Below, one piece after another: positions 29,990-41,617 of a DNA stretch of 64,000 nt; position 1 is the first letter of the stretch, and each line of letters starts with the position of its first letter. Made by a program: the position numbers and the translations under genes. This stretch comes from Nitrospirota bacterium (GTDB lineage Bacteria; Nitrospirota; UBA9217). The notes beneath the pieces are model-generated. The model saw only the letters and a program-made list of their open reading frames with translations, ran no database searches and was not told the origin of the DNA. Location: positions 32,001-96,000 of the forward strand of contig CAVTRN010000002.1 of the NCBI GenBank assembly GCA_963737155.1. The letters are read 5' to 3'.

Positions 29990-30396
29990 GTTTTCGCAAT
30001 TAATTCATCCGCCAGCATATGTTTCTCCCCCATGCAACGATTGGACAAGGCGTCTTTATTGGCGCCAATAGTGTAATTAGCCCAGGATGTATTCTCAAGG
30101 ACCACACATTCATCCACAGCGGAGTGACCGTAGGGCATGACACGATCCTTCACGACTACGTGCGTTTGAATCCCGGATGCAATATAGCCGGCCATATTGA
30201 AATATATGACAATGTGGAGATTGGCCCTGGCGCAAACGTAATAGAAGAACTCATTATTGGTAAAAGCGCTGTGGTTGCGGCCGGAGCAGTCGTTATCAGG
30301 GATGTAAAAGAAAAAACACTAGTTGCAGGTGTTCCAGCGATTGTAAAGAAAGTCTATGATAGACGAGCCAGTGAAATGCAAACATTAAAATTATAG
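29990..30396 (+). pseudogene. 5'-truncated sugar O-acetyltransferase (NeuD/PglD hexapeptide repeat)
   Basis: LIHPPAYVSP/HATIGQG (frameshift)...VGHD...AGAVVIRDV..VAGVPA. Confidence 0.75.
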
Positions 30397-30471
30397 TCGC
30401 ATCAGGATAAAGTGTAGGAAACCCCACTATGTTGATATAGGCTGGTTTCGCACTGAAAGGGAGGTTCGGGC

Positions 30472-30651
30472 GTGAATATTCAGGAAGTCAGAAGCATAGC
30501 AAGAAAAATGGGGATTGACACAAGGAAAGTGACTGTGACAGACCTTGTCAGGGATATTTAAACAGCAGAAGGGAACAGACCTTGTTTTGCTACATCCTCT
30601 GTTCAGACATGTGGTCAAATGAATTGCATGTGGCGTTCAGATTGCAAGTAG
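30472..30651 (+). pseudogene. Small SAP-like / Cys-rich protein with internal TAA
   Basis: MNIQEVRSIARKMGI...DLVRDI*TAEGNRPCF..CGQMNCMWRSDC; RBS ggagg; stop at 30559-30561. Confidence 0.75.
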
Positions 30652-31030
30652 GATTTTAAAATCAGATTAATAAAAGTTGATACTTATTTCCTCCGTGAGA
30701 GAGCATCACCTGTTCTCTGCTATTACCCTAATTCAAATCCTATAGGAGCCTGTGCATAAATCACATGAAATATTTATACGAATATTATAGTATTGGCCAT
30801 CACGCGTATAAGGAGACGCTCGATGGCCTGCAATTTCAAAGACTGCAACCGAAAGAGACTTTATAAGGGCAGGAGATATCCTTTATATCCTTCACAGGCT
30901 TTACATGAATCATATTGTCATCAAAACGCTTTTCAATTTTAATTGAGGAGGGAAGTTTCTGCATTCACCTGTAGAAAGACAGGGGAAATTATAATCACAG
31001 TTGGTAGTCTTTTTTATCGCTTCATTCAAT

Positions 31031-31279
31031 TTAATCAAGAAACTTGCCACCACTTATTTTGTCAAATGGTTCATCGAACGCTCCTAAAGGGTATTCAAAT
31101 ATCGTCCGTGTATATGATATCTTTTTGCCGCAATTGCATTTAATTAGGTCTTCAGCGGTATGAATGGCTTCTGATCCCATTTCCCTGTCATTGTCGCTTT
31201 CAACTAAATCAAAAATGAGTTCAACGTTAATTCTATTCTTACATTTTTCACATTCTATAATCGCTGATGTTGGTGGCAT
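31031..31279 (-). CDS. Small putative zinc-ribbon protein
   Basis: CEKC...REMGSE...CNC..EYPLG; RBS aagga; AT-rich. Confidence 0.6.
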   Translation of the reverse strand: MPPTSAIIECEKCKNRINVELIFDLVESDNDREMGSEAIHTAEDLIKCNCGKKISYTRTIFEYPLGAFDEPFDKISGGKFLD

Positions 31280-32050
31280 TAGATTAAATTTCCTTTTGTT
31301 TTATTAGAATATCGGGAGCTTACAATAGTTCGATTACCCATGCAATTATAATCTTTGGGTTGGGATGTGATGTCGTCAGATTTACTGATAAATCGGTGCT
31401 CCCAGTGTTGAAGCAATGATATCCTCAACATCTTCATTGGTCAAGGCTAGTTCTTCATTCATTTCCCTAGCTCGGTCTTTTGCTCTGGTGTAGGTACATT
31501 GCCGGCGAGCCCAAAATGCTGCCCTCAGAACGGGAATAGCACTATGGGTAGCAGGAAAGCTCTTTCAATGGCAGTGAAACAAATTGACAATCGGAAGAGG
31601 CAGACGGCTTTAAGTTACTTGGTGGTGAATTTAAATTTTATCGGTAGGAACTCATTAGGACTGCCTGAACATTACAGATAAAAAAACGTACCTTGGGTTT
31701 AAAGTTACTCGAGGTGAATAGCATCTTCTTCCGCCTTAACAGAAGCATTAGGCTTCCCTCTTTGTAGCTGATGAGGGCTTGCACACTGCAATCTGGTTTA
31801 GGTGAATTAAATACAGTTAACCTCGACTTCAAAACCCAAGGTATTTCATGAAATGAATGGATGCTTTATCACATTCCTTATCAATATCGAACTTATTTGT
31901 GCTTATATTATTAATCTAGCACTTTAAATATAAAAGTCAAGGTGGGAGGAACCCCCTTTTCAGTTGCATAATCCTTATTGCTCCGTGTCTTGCCTAAGTC
32001 GGAAATGTGCGCCGTCTGAGTTAATGGACATCTGGTAGAAAATTGCGTCT

Positions 32051-32308
32051 CTAGTGAGCAGGACCCGTCACTGTAGCCACATTGTTCCGCACGAGGGAGT
32101 ACAGATATGCCTTGCCGGCTCTCCGCTGCTGCACCGCGCCGAGATCGACTAGGGAGCCTAGAGCCTGAATTGCCCCCCGGTGACTGAGTCGCGCAAGCTC
32201 TCCTACCTGCCTGCCGTTCAGGGGTTGCGGAGAGGTAAAAAGAACACGAAGGATGCGGATTTTCGCAGGACTGCCGAAGACGGATTCTAGTGTGTTGCGG
32301 AACATCAT
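32051..32308 (-). pseudogene. Truncated winged-HTH (N-terminus typical of HTH-nucleotidyltransferase antitoxins)
   Basis: LESVFGSPAKIRILRVL..GRQVGELA...L.DLGAV..RAGKAYLYSL, then breaks off. Confidence 0.6.
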
Positions 32309-32458
32309 GCATGGATACTATACTATCCATAAGAATATGCCAAGTATCCATTGTCAATTTTCTACTACTGGATATATTCCCTGGCCCTTGCCTCTTGACG
32401 GAAGGGCGTGAACGGCATATAGTCAGAATATCAGAAAATCATATTTTCGGAGGTGCCT

Positions 32459-32731
32459 ATGCCCACAGTCCGCATTCGTGAGCGCGGCCAGGTAACCATA
32501 CCTTCTTCCTATCGGAAGGACCTTGGCCTCGAAGAGAACGATTCCCTGAACGTGGTCAAGATCGATGAGATGCTCATCCTTACGCCGCGGAAACCCTTTG
32601 GCGACGCCGTGGCCAGGAAAGTCGAAGCCGGCATGAAGCGCAAGGGGCTGACCATGGACGATCTTCTGGACAATCTGAAAGAGCAGCGCAAAAGGTATGC
32701 TCGTGAGGCCTATGGCAAGGTCAAAGCCTAA
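32459..32731 (+). CDS. AbrB/MazE/SpoVT-family antitoxin
   Basis: VRIRERGQVTIPSSYRKDLGLEE. Confidence 0.88.
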   Translation: MPTVRIRERGQVTIPSSYRKDLGLEENDSLNVVKIDEMLILTPRKPFGDAVARKVEAGMKRKGLTMDDLLDNLKEQRKRYAREAYGKVKA

Positions 32732-33164
32732 AGTCTTTCTGGATTCAAGCGCGCTCATCGCGGGGGTCGCCTCCTCAAAAGGCGCAGCCCGCGAGGTCCT
32801 GCGTCTGGCGGAAATAAGGCTCATTGAAGCGATCGTGTCGCGCCAGGTGGTAGTAGAGGCCGACCGGAACATCACGGCGAAGCTCCCTGAATGGCTCGAT
32901 GATTTCCGTGCCTATGTGGAAACGCTTGCTCCGGTACTTATCGAAGACCCTTCTGCCAGAGACGTCAAACGGTATTCTTTGCTTATCGATCCCGGCGATG
33001 CCCCGATCCTGGCTGCAGCGTCGGCGGCAGAGGCGGACTATCTTATCACCTGGGACAGAAAGCATTTTATGACGAAGGGGCCGCAGGCTCTCTCCCGTCC
33101 GAAAGTCATGACGCCGGGCGAGTTTCTGCAGGAACTCAGAACGTCGCTGAATGAGGGAGCATAA
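32712..33164 (+). CDS. PIN-domain toxin
   Basis: VFLDSSALIAG...E...DPGDAPILAAA...YLITWDRKHF. Confidence 0.88.
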   Translation: MARSKPKVFLDSSALIAGVASSKGAAREVLRLAEIRLIEAIVSRQVVVEADRNITAKLPEWLDDFRAYVETLAPVLIEDPSARDVKRYSLLIDPGDAPILAAASAAEADYLITWDRKHFMTKGPQALSRPKVMTPGEFLQELRTSLNEGA

Positions 33165-33326
33165 CATTGCTTCAGCTTTTATAGCTACGCTGCTACTGTT
33201 GGTTCGTCCAAATGCTGGAACATCATAGAGATGTAATTTCTTTTTGTGACTTGCCCGGTGTTCCGGGAGACTTCATCGCGTATCCGGACCGGGAAAGCAA
33301 CAACCATATTCATATCATGATCTTCT

Positions 33327-33725
33327 TTGGGAGTAGAATATGTAAAATCGCTTATGTTTTTAACCATGTCGTTGAGATTGCTTCTGAAAAAAGCACCACT
33401 CACGACGGCATTCATACAAACAAGAGGATATCCGGTGATACAGGCAGAGATTCACAACAGGCTGAATGTCATCGACTTATCCGAGGAGGCCTCGTACCCT
33501 GACCTCGCTCGGAAAGAGGATGTACTAACAAGCAACGTCTTTGGTATCCTCAAGAATTTCGACGTCAAGATTCTCAACAAGCTCCTGGAGGTCGCCAAGG
33601 TTCCTGTCAAGCTTAGCTACAACGACTTCTGCCTTGAATTTTGTCCCACTTTGTCGATGGTACTTAGCTTTGTGAGCGAAAACGAATTTGAGTACGATTT
33701 CGATCATATTGTTCTCGGCCTGTAA
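33327..33725 (+). pseudogene. Fragment of hypothetical protein (EDVLTSNVFG motif, possibly a nuclease N-terminus)
   Basis: RKEDVLTSNVFGILK motif; short and apparently truncated. Confidence 0.35.
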
Positions 33726-34067
33726 CTTCAATTTTTTTATTCTGCTTTTTTATTTCCCTATAAGAATTGGCCGATTCCGTTTAATCCACGAACTTAATCC
33801 GACAAATCGACATTCATTCCGACGAATCTTCTGGGTCGCGTCGCTTCTATCGATGATCACATAATACAGCATGTATTTCTCATTTTATGATATAGTTTTA
33901 TGTCATTTGGCCCCGATTGCCCACGGCGTATATACGGAAGCGTTCGTACTTCATGAAGGCGTTAAGCGCTGGACCTTTCAACATTGAAAGTTTCATATCG
34001 AATCTTTGTTCTAAACGACGTTGAATGTTTCTGACCTTGTTACTCGGAGTTCTGTGGCTGAATACCA

Positions 34068-34820
34068 ATGAGTATGATTAAATTTCCTCTTCTTTTCGTA
34101 GCAGGTCTTGTTGCTGGGCTTATTGACGCCATGGCAGGAGGCGGTGGGATCATTACCATTCCCGTGCTGTTAGGCATAGGTATGCAGCCCCAGATAGCAC
34201 TCGGAACGAACAAGCTCCAGAGCACTTTCGGCTCGGGAAGCGCCATGCTGCATTTTACCAAAGCCGGCGCTGTGGACATCCGGGATTGCGTGGCAGGAAT
34301 CGTCTGGACCGCGTCTGGCGCTGCGGTCGGTACTATGGCTGTGCAGATGCTCGACCCGTCCTTTCTCCGCCGGGCAATTCCTGTCTCGCTCATCGCCATT
34401 GCCCTGTTCATGCTTTTCTCGCCCCATCTTGGCATTGCGGATGTCCGCGAACGGATGCGAAAGAATTCATTCTTCGCCCTATTCGGCTTGCTAATCGGGT
34501 TCTACGACGGCTTTTTTGGGCCTGCGTCTGGCACCTTCTGGGCCATGGTGTTCGTACTCTTTCTTGGGTTCAATTTGACACGCGCCACTGCTTACACCAA
34601 GGTAATGAACTTTACGAGCAACCTGGTCTCGCTAGTCTTCTTCCTGGGAGGTGGATTCGTATCTCTTCCTGTGGGGATCGTCATGGGACTAGGGCAGTTC
34701 GCAGGCGCGCGCATCGGATCGCGCTTGGTCATGAGCAAAGGCAGCCGCTTCATCCGGCCGGTTTTCATCGCCATGGTTCTTGCTGTCAGCGTAAAGCTCC
34801 TGTGGCAGAATTTTCGGTAA
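34068..34820 (+). CDS. TSUP (TauE/SafE, YfcA-like) transporter
   Basis: AGLIDAMAGGGG..ALGTNKLQ..GFYDGFFGP. Confidence 0.92.
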   Translation: MSMIKFPLLFVAGLVAGLIDAMAGGGGIITIPVLLGIGMQPQIALGTNKLQSTFGSGSAMLHFTKAGAVDIRDCVAGIVWTASGAAVGTMAVQMLDPSFLRRAIPVSLIAIALFMLFSPHLGIADVRERMRKNSFFALFGLLIGFYDGFFGPASGTFWAMVFVLFLGFNLTRATAYTKVMNFTSNLVSLVFFLGGGFVSLPVGIVMGLGQFAGARIGSRLVMSKGSRFIRPVFIAMVLAVSVKLLWQNFR

Positions 34821-34959
34821 GGGATGCGTAAACTCACTGAAGGGCGTTCAGAAAGTTGATGCGGTCTTGATTGCTCTTGGAGACGGTTATTTTTATTGCT
34901 GCGAGAGTCGATGAGGTTCTGCCTGAGCTGCACCCCTGAGTTTGGGCGGTCAGGTCTAC

Positions 34960-34992
34960 AACCCGAATGTCATCGGTTCAAATCGGGCCCCC
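34960..34992 (+). repeat. tRNA-Met 3'-half repeat copy 6 (degenerate, no terminator)
   Basis: aacccgaatgtcatcggttcaaatcgggccccc, preceded by gtctac similar to the copy 4 flank. Confidence 0.7.
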
Positions 34993-35027
34993 TTTATGCA
35001 CTGAACAATGAGGCCAGTGAGCTTTTA

Positions 35028-35258
35028 TTATCGACTGTCGCAAACAACTTGCCAAGCACTCTTTTGATGGCGAGAAGAGTACCAGTCAACAAGCTGACGT
35101 ATCATTTTTTGATACGATGTGTGATGCCTCTTGGCCTCTTTATTAAAGAATTCAACACTCGACTTTTTTAGAGCAAGCGTTACCTTGACATTGTCTTCTT
35201 TAAGTACCAACTGATCCGGTGGTGGCAGAAAATCGTTTATTACTTTCAATTTACCCAT
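35028..35258 (-). CDS. Orphan CopG/BrnA-like antitoxin, probably 5'-truncated
   Basis: (YTDEP)MGKLKVINDFLPPPDQL..KVTLAL..SVEFF..SYQKMIRQL. Confidence 0.7.
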   Translation of the reverse strand: MGKLKVINDFLPPPDQLVLKEDNVKVTLALKKSSVEFFNKEAKRHHTSYQKMIRQLVDWYSSRHQKSAWQVVCDSR

Positions 35259-35345
35259 CGGTTCATCGGTGTATCACCTAACCCATTTATCAGTTTGACA
35301 GACTGGTTGGGCAGTCTCGCCATTTCTCTCTATTTTCTGAATTAC

Positions 35346-36713
35346 TCAAAAAATAGCCCGTCCCTGTTTCTTGCCTTCTTTTAAATTGGCACTATCATTT
35401 AGTCCAGTCATCAGTCGCAGCGGCCGAACATTTGGCTGCGACGTCTTTTGCCATTTATAATGGAATGCCAAGTTTAGCGGCAACGTCCACCATAAATGGG
35501 CTGGTGACCGCGATAAGCGTTTTGCTATGCTTGTAAGTGAATAAAAACGCGCATTCGCATACCGAAAGCCAGCTAATAGTTCTGCTACGTTCATCCGCTT
35601 TGGTTGATAAACCACATCTCCACGACTATTATATTTGCTCCAGTCTCGCGTTAATATGCGTCCCTCGGCTTCCATATTTTGAAAAAGCGGGGTACCGGGA
35701 AATGGCGTTAGGATGTTGAAGGTTGCGTTCTCGACCCCCATTTTTTCCAAAAAATCGAGGGTATCCTCGAAAATCTCCGGTGAATCATGATCAAATCCAA
35801 AAACAGTTCCTGCTTGCACAGCAATTCCGTGCGCATGGATTCGTTCAATAATCTGGCTATACTCCTCCACCCGATTAAACCCCTTATTAACATCAGTCAT
35901 GCTTTTTTGGGAGATTGATTCCAACCCCAGAAACAATTGCTTGCATCCGCTCTGCGCTGCAGCCTCCAAAAAGTCATCATCTCGACCGGCATGAACACTC
36001 GCTTGACTACTCCACCACTTACGATATGGAGCTATGGCGCGAAACAATTTTTTTGCGTACTCCGTATCACCGGCAATGTTATCATCCCAAAAAATAATTA
36101 TTTTCCCCTTGAAAGAAGCATATTCTGCCGCGACCTCCTCTATCGGGCGCTTGCGCAGCTTATGTCGATACATGACAGCAATGGTACAGAAGTCACATTG
36201 GCCAGGACATCCCCGGGTCGCGAATAAGACTCCATTGGTATAGTCATGTCTGTGAAATAGATCCTTGCGGGCCATGGGAATGTTTTCAAGAGACAACACG
36301 CCGGTTTGTTGATACAGGCAAAGATACGATCCCGCTTCAAAGCCTTTTAAGAAATCTTCCCATAAACCCTCTGCTTCCCCGATAAATATCACATCTGCGT
36401 ATTGACTGGCCTCTTCTGGCAGCAGCGTTACATGCGGACCGCCCATCACTACACATATTCCCCGTGACCTAAAACGTTTGGCGATATTATAGGCATGAAA
36501 TGCACTTGGAGTATGAAATGTAATTCCAACCACATCTATGTTGATGTTCCAATCAAATTTATCCGCTTCTTCATCGACGTGAATCACCTCCCAGCCCGGT
36601 GGAACTCTAGCGGCCAGATAGGGCATGGTAATCTGTTGAAAGTTGAGGACTCGTGATCGCCTCACTCTCCGTATTTCCGGCGCAGAAGCCGTTATCAACA
36701 GCAGCTTTGGCAT
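35346..36713 (-). CDS. B12-binding domain radical SAM protein
   Basis: VVMGGPHVT..GEAE; TRGCPGQCDFC; DDN; GLES. Confidence 0.92.
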   Translation of the reverse strand: MPKLLLITASAPEIRRVRRSRVLNFQQITMPYLAARVPPGWEVIHVDEEADKFDWNINIDVVGITFHTPSAFHAYNIAKRFRSRGICVVMGGPHVTLLPEEASQYADVIFIGEAEGLWEDFLKGFEAGSYLCLYQQTGVLSLENIPMARKDLFHRHDYTNGVLFATRGCPGQCDFCTIAVMYRHKLRKRPIEEVAAEYASFKGKIIIFWDDNIAGDTEYAKKLFRAIAPYRKWWSSQASVHAGRDDDFLEAAAQSGCKQLFLGLESISQKSMTDVNKGFNRVEEYSQIIERIHAHGIAVQAGTVFGFDHDSPEIFEDTLDFLEKMGVENATFNILTPFPGTPLFQNMEAEGRILTRDWSKYNSRGDVVYQPKRMNVAELLAGFRYANARFYSLTSIAKRLSRSPAHLWWTLPLNLAFHYKWQKTSQPNVRPLRLMTGLNDSANLKEGKKQGRAIF

Positions 36714-37217
36714 GTTTACTATAGAGTTGTCCAACCAGTTATTATCGAAACGGATACCATCACAATCAGAACGATTATCCGGCGTTAACGTGTTTAGCAA
36801 TGAATATGCTAAAGAGATCAAGAAATTACGCAGAAGTATAAGCCTGATCTAAAATGATGTCAACGAGAGAGGCGAGATTGTCGATACTTACAAGTATCGA
36901 ATGCAGGTTGACTTATAGCCTGATGAGTCTGTTAACTACATCGGGTAACGATGTCCTGATATTGACAATTACAGGTTGATACTTGATGTGTTTTAACGAA
37001 TGGAAGCCACAACAGCTCAGGAAGTTTTTGTTGCCAGTAAAACCATCATCGTCATAATATCCAAAATTAAAAAAAGATTTTTTCACCTTCCTCGCAATTC
37101 TGGCCATCCGGCCTTCACCTACAATCTTGCAGCCATGTTGACAATAAATCTATGAAGAATACGGGTTCAAACTTTATACGAAAAAAAATAACCAGCGTGG
37201 CGCGATGGGTTAGATCC

Positions 37218-37464
37218 TTATACTCGCTTGATGAAGCGTAAGGCGAAAATGATCACAATCGCGCCGATGGTTGCAACGATAATTGCGCCGAGTAGACCCC
37301 CACCCAAGGAAACACCAAATGAGCGAAACAGAAAGTCCCCCAAGCAATGCGCCTACCACGCTCACGACGATGTCGCCGATGACACCGAAGCCGCCACCCT
37401 TTATGAGCTGTCCCGCTAGCAACTCAGCCACCAAACCAATCAAGATGAACCAAATAAATTCCAT
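37218..37464 (-). pseudogene. GlsB/YeaQ/YmgE-family membrane protein, frameshifted paralog of 45967-46212
   Basis: 247 nt versus 246 nt for the intact copy; conserved 3' flank. Confidence 0.85.
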
Positions 37465-37778
37465 AATTATTCCGCTTCTACGATATTCGCTTCTTGCTTT
37501 AAGTATGTTGCCTCTTAGCGCTGTGAGGAGGGAGTTTCGATGAATTATTTGCACCGCGTATTTGAATGCTTTGCTCTATCTTGACCATCTGAGGTTGTTC
37601 ACCCTGAGGGGCAAGTCAGATATATTAATCGATGCGCACCGAGTATGATCCGCTTTACGTCGTCTCTTTCATGGATACAGTTCGAAGTTAAAGTGTTACA
37701 AAGAATGGATATTTCGCGAGAGGAAGTAATGCATATGGAACGTTTCGAAAAGCAATTTATTATCCTTCCTTAATTCCC

Positions 37779-38336
37779 TCACTTTACCAACGCATAGTTC
37801 AAAAGAACATTCCCGTTTCCAAAAACACGCGTCTTTGTTAGCTTAAGAGAGAATCGGTCTTTCACTCCTTCGAACATAGTCTTTCCCTTTCCAATAACGA
37901 TTGGATTCAGCAGGATTTGGTATTCATCGATTAATCGATCCTGCGCCAATTGCGACACAATGCTGCCACTTCCGAGCACGGTTAGGTCCTTTCCCGACTC
38001 CTGCTTCAGCTTTCGGATTTCCGTCAACATATTATCCTTCACCAGTCTCGTATTATTCCAATCAGCCTTGGTCAGAGTCCGAGAAAAGACGATTTTTTCA
38101 GCCTTGTTCATTCCTTGGGCCACGATTGGATCATTCTTGATAGCTTCTGATGTAGGCCAATAGCTCACCATGAGCTCGTACGTGACGCGGCCGAATAAGA
38201 GCGTATTACCAGAATTCGAGGCCATTTCTGCCAGTTCCTGGAACTCCTCATCCACATTATGCCAAGAGATGTCGCCTCCTTGGCCAGCAAAATAGCCGTC
38301 CAGTGTGACCAGATTGAATACAATTAATTTTCGCAT
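37779..38336 (-). CDS. Dihydrofolate reductase-like (RibD C-terminal) protein
   Basis: MRKL..VTLDGYFAG..LLFGRVTYE..GSGSIV..LIDEY. Confidence 0.9.
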   Translation of the reverse strand: MRKLIVFNLVTLDGYFAGQGGDISWHNVDEEFQELAEMASNSGNTLLFGRVTYELMVSYWPTSEAIKNDPIVAQGMNKAEKIVFSRTLTKADWNNTRLVKDNMLTEIRKLKQESGKDLTVLGSGSIVSQLAQDRLIDEYQILLNPIVIGKGKTMFEGVKDRFSLKLTKTRVFGNGNVLLNYALVK

Positions 38337-40093
38337 GAATATCACCTCTAAAAAAAATGTTGGGCACACGATTATTCCGAGCACCAGGGACGCGAGTAGC
38401 TTTAGGCATTAATGCGGACAATCTACGGTTGCAGCTCTATATTGATTCTATTTCGCAAATTGACAAGTATAAAATAAAGATACAGTCAATAATAAAAAAA
38501 CTGCTATGCTGACACCAGTGACCCCTGCTCCTTGTATCTCACTTTACACAGTTCTTATCCTCTTTCCCAGCGTGAAATAAATCGTTGCCCCTTTTCCAAC
38601 CTCTCCCTCCGCCCAGACCCTTCCTTCGTGGCGGCGAACAATCCGTTCAACGATGGTGAGGCCAATTCCCGTTCCTTGAAACTCTTTTTCGGAATGAAAT
38701 CGCTCGAAGGGTCGAAACATCCTCTCGGCATAGGCAGGAACGAACCCGGCGCCGTTATCTTTGACAAAATAAATATTCTGTCCGTCGTTTACCGTAGCAC
38801 CGAACTCGATGAGAACATTCTCGGTCTTCGAGGTAAATTTCCAGGCGTTATCAAACAGATTGGTAAGCGCTATCTTCATTAGGCTGGGATCAACAAGGGC
38901 GCGCAGGCCTTCAGCGATTATCGTATCGACGTTTCTCGCAGGATTGGTATCGCGGAGGGTGGCTACAACGTCGGATGCGAGACTGCTCAGATCACAATCC
39001 ATACGATCAATATCCTTACGTGATATACGAGACAGCCGAAGGAGATCCTCGATGAGCTGGCTCATCCGGTCCGAACCGTTCATGATGCGGGTAAGATAAT
39101 CTCTGCCCTCCGTATCGAGCTTGTCCGCATAGCCTTCAAACACAATTTCAGAGAAGCGCGATACTGCTCGAAGGGGAGCTCTCAAGTCATGGGAGACGGA
39201 GTAGGTGAAGGCTTCGAGCTCTCTGTTGGCAGCGTCCAGTTCAGCAATCTGGCTCTTCAATTGCTCGTTAAGCACCCTTATCTGTTCCTCCGCCTTCTTT
39301 CGTTCGGTAATGTCCCTGACAAGCTCAATGCCCGCGATGATTTTACCGCTGGCATCACGTATGGGTGACGCAGTATTTTCATAATATAGAACACCCTTAT
39401 CGGAGGACACCTTTCTTTCTGCCGTATGAATTTGTCCATCTTTGAAAGATAACTCAACGGGGCATCCCCTGCATACATGATCAATTCCCTGGAATGCCTT
39501 ATAGCAAATTTCTCCGACATGATTTCCTACGATATTTGTCACGATTTCATTTTGATACATTAACCTGTAGTTCGTATCACGAATTGTGATGCCTTCACCA
39601 ATCGCTTTAATAATTGCCTCGGATTTCAACCTCTCCTCTTCCGTTATTTTCATCGATTCTTGCAGACTTATTTCACAAAGCTTGCGTTTGGTAATATCAC
39701 GCCATATTGAATGCAAAACTACGCGGTCGGAGAAAGACAACGCTTGAGTAATGACATGAATATCTCTGATTTCCCCCGTCTTAGTTTTGAGTTTGACCTC
39801 AAGCTCAGCGCTCCCGATGCCTATGATTTTCTTGATACTATTCAGCACCTCTTCTGGGCTTTCAACAGATTCGATGTCGGCTATACGGAGATTTTTAAAT
39901 TCCACTCGTGAGTAGCCGAGCTGTCGGTGGGCAGCATCATTGAATGCAATAAACTGCCCCTTCGTATCAATGATTAAAATACCGTCAGGGGATTGGTTGA
40001 ATACGGTTTGATATAGTAGTTCTGCCCCGGGGAGCTTTTCTTCTGGTCTTTGCTTTTCGTTTTTTATCCGTTTTACTCCTTCACCGTTGATCT

Positions 40094-41617
40094 CAGGTTA
40101 TACTGTTTTTAGTTGAAATTGAAAAGAGTGGCTCCCCCGTGGCATAATCCACGGTAGAGAGAGAAAAAAGAAAGGAGCCACTCAATGAAGGATACCACAA
40201 GGAAGAGAAAAAAGGCAATACGAGGAATTGAAGAGGCATACGGAAGGCGGGAGATCATCGAACAGATGTATTGTGTCTTCGCAAAAGGGAAACAGGGTTT
40301 TGATGAATGCATGAAGGAAATGGGCAGAATGATGGCAGAGACGATCATGTACATCGAGCGGGAGGAGATTGCCGGCCCCGACTACCAGCCTAACAGTCCC
40401 GATCTGCGGAAGTGGGCTAGCCAGGGCGGTTCCGTCTATATCGGCGATCAGAAGATCCCGGTGACCCACCCTCGGCTTCGAGGTCCGGCGGGTGAGATTG
40501 TACTGCAGAGCTATCAGAAGATGAAAAAACCGGAAGTCTTCGCAGAAGAATTGCTTGGAAAGGTGCTTCGGGGCATATCATGCCGGAAGTATGCGGAGAC
40601 AGTTGTAGATACGGCACGAGCATTTGGAGTGTCCGCCAGCACGGTATCGAGCCATATCGTCGCGGCAACAGCAAAACAGCTTCAGGAGTTTAAGGAACGG
40701 TCACTCACGTCATTCGTTCCCTTTGCGGTCTTTTTAGACACTGTTCACCGCGGCGGAGAGGCATTCATCGTGGCGCTGGGGCTTGATATTGCCGGAAAGA
40801 AGCAGACATTGGGGTTCTGGCAGGGGGCGACGGAGAACCATGAACTGTGTGAAGAGCTGTTTTCTGATATAGAGCGGCGGGGTCTGATACTTTCACGACG
40901 AATCATCTGGGTTACCGATGGCGGCAAGGGCGTAATCAAGGCACTCCGGGATCGCTTCGGTAAGAAACTCATCCATCAGCGGTGCACGATCCACAAGGAC
41001 CGGAATATACAGCATCATTTGCCGAAGAAATACCGGAAAGGCGCACACTGGAGGTTCCGGACAGCCCTGGAGCAGAATAATTACGCGGACGCTCGTCAGA
41101 TGCTTCTGGACATGGAGAAATGGCTTCGGGGCATTAATGAGTCGGCGGCTGATTCGCTCATGGAAGCGATAGAAGACATTCTCACCCTTCATCGATTGAA
41201 GGTCCCCGCTCTCTTGAGGAAGACGTTGCATTCTACCAATCCTATCGAGAGCATGTTTTCCACGGTGAGAAAAGCAGAAGGCAATATAAAGCGCTACCGC
41301 GACAGCAAGATGATGCAGCGCTGGCTCGCTTCTGTCCTCTTATATGCTGAACAAGGATTCAGAAAGATCAAGGGCCACGCCTTCATCGCGGACGTGATGA
41401 AACGGATCGAAGCGGAAGAATTAAATGACCTAACAGTCAAAGAGGCTGCGTAAAGGGGGATGGTTAGGTATGGCTCGGCCTCAGAAAACTCACATATGGC
41501 GATCCTACGAATCCGATTTTATAAACAGCGATGATTTACACCGTTGAACCGATAAAAATACTTTAGCCGAAGGGAACGGGCCACTCAGATAATTTCAACT
41601 AAAAGCTTGACCTCGTC
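40094..41617 (+). mobile_element. IS256-family insertion sequence, 1524 bp, 8-bp TSD GTTGATCT
   Basis: IR core ttttagttgaaatt...gagtggc starts 13 nt inside each end; TSD at 40086-40093 and 41618-41625. Confidence 0.9.
40185..41453 (+). CDS. IS256 (Mutator) family DDE transposase
   Basis: GISCRKY, VFLD, VTDGGKG, QRCTIHK, STNPIES. Confidence 0.95.
   Translation: MKDTTRKRKKAIRGIEEAYGRREIIEQMYCVFAKGKQGFDECMKEMGRMMAETIMYIEREEIAGPDYQPNSPDLRKWASQGGSVYIGDQKIPVTHPRLRGPAGEIVLQSYQKMKKPEVFAEELLGKVLRGISCRKYAETVVDTARAFGVSASTVSSHIVAATAKQLQEFKERSLTSFVPFAVFLDTVHRGGEAFIVALGLDIAGKKQTLGFWQGATENHELCEELFSDIERRGLILSRRIIWVTDGGKGVIKALRDRFGKKLIHQRCTIHKDRNIQHHLPKKYRKGAHWRFRTALEQNNYADARQMLLDMEKWLRGINESAADSLMEAIEDILTLHRLKVPALLRKTLHSTNPIESMFSTVRKAEGNIKRYRDSKMMQRWLASVLLYAEQGFRKIKGHAFIADVMKRIEAEELNDLTVKEAA

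Noticed and set aside
30559-30561. Recoded stop in the SAP-like gene
   Set aside because: The codon is TAA, not UGA/UAG, and TAA terminates many intact genes here
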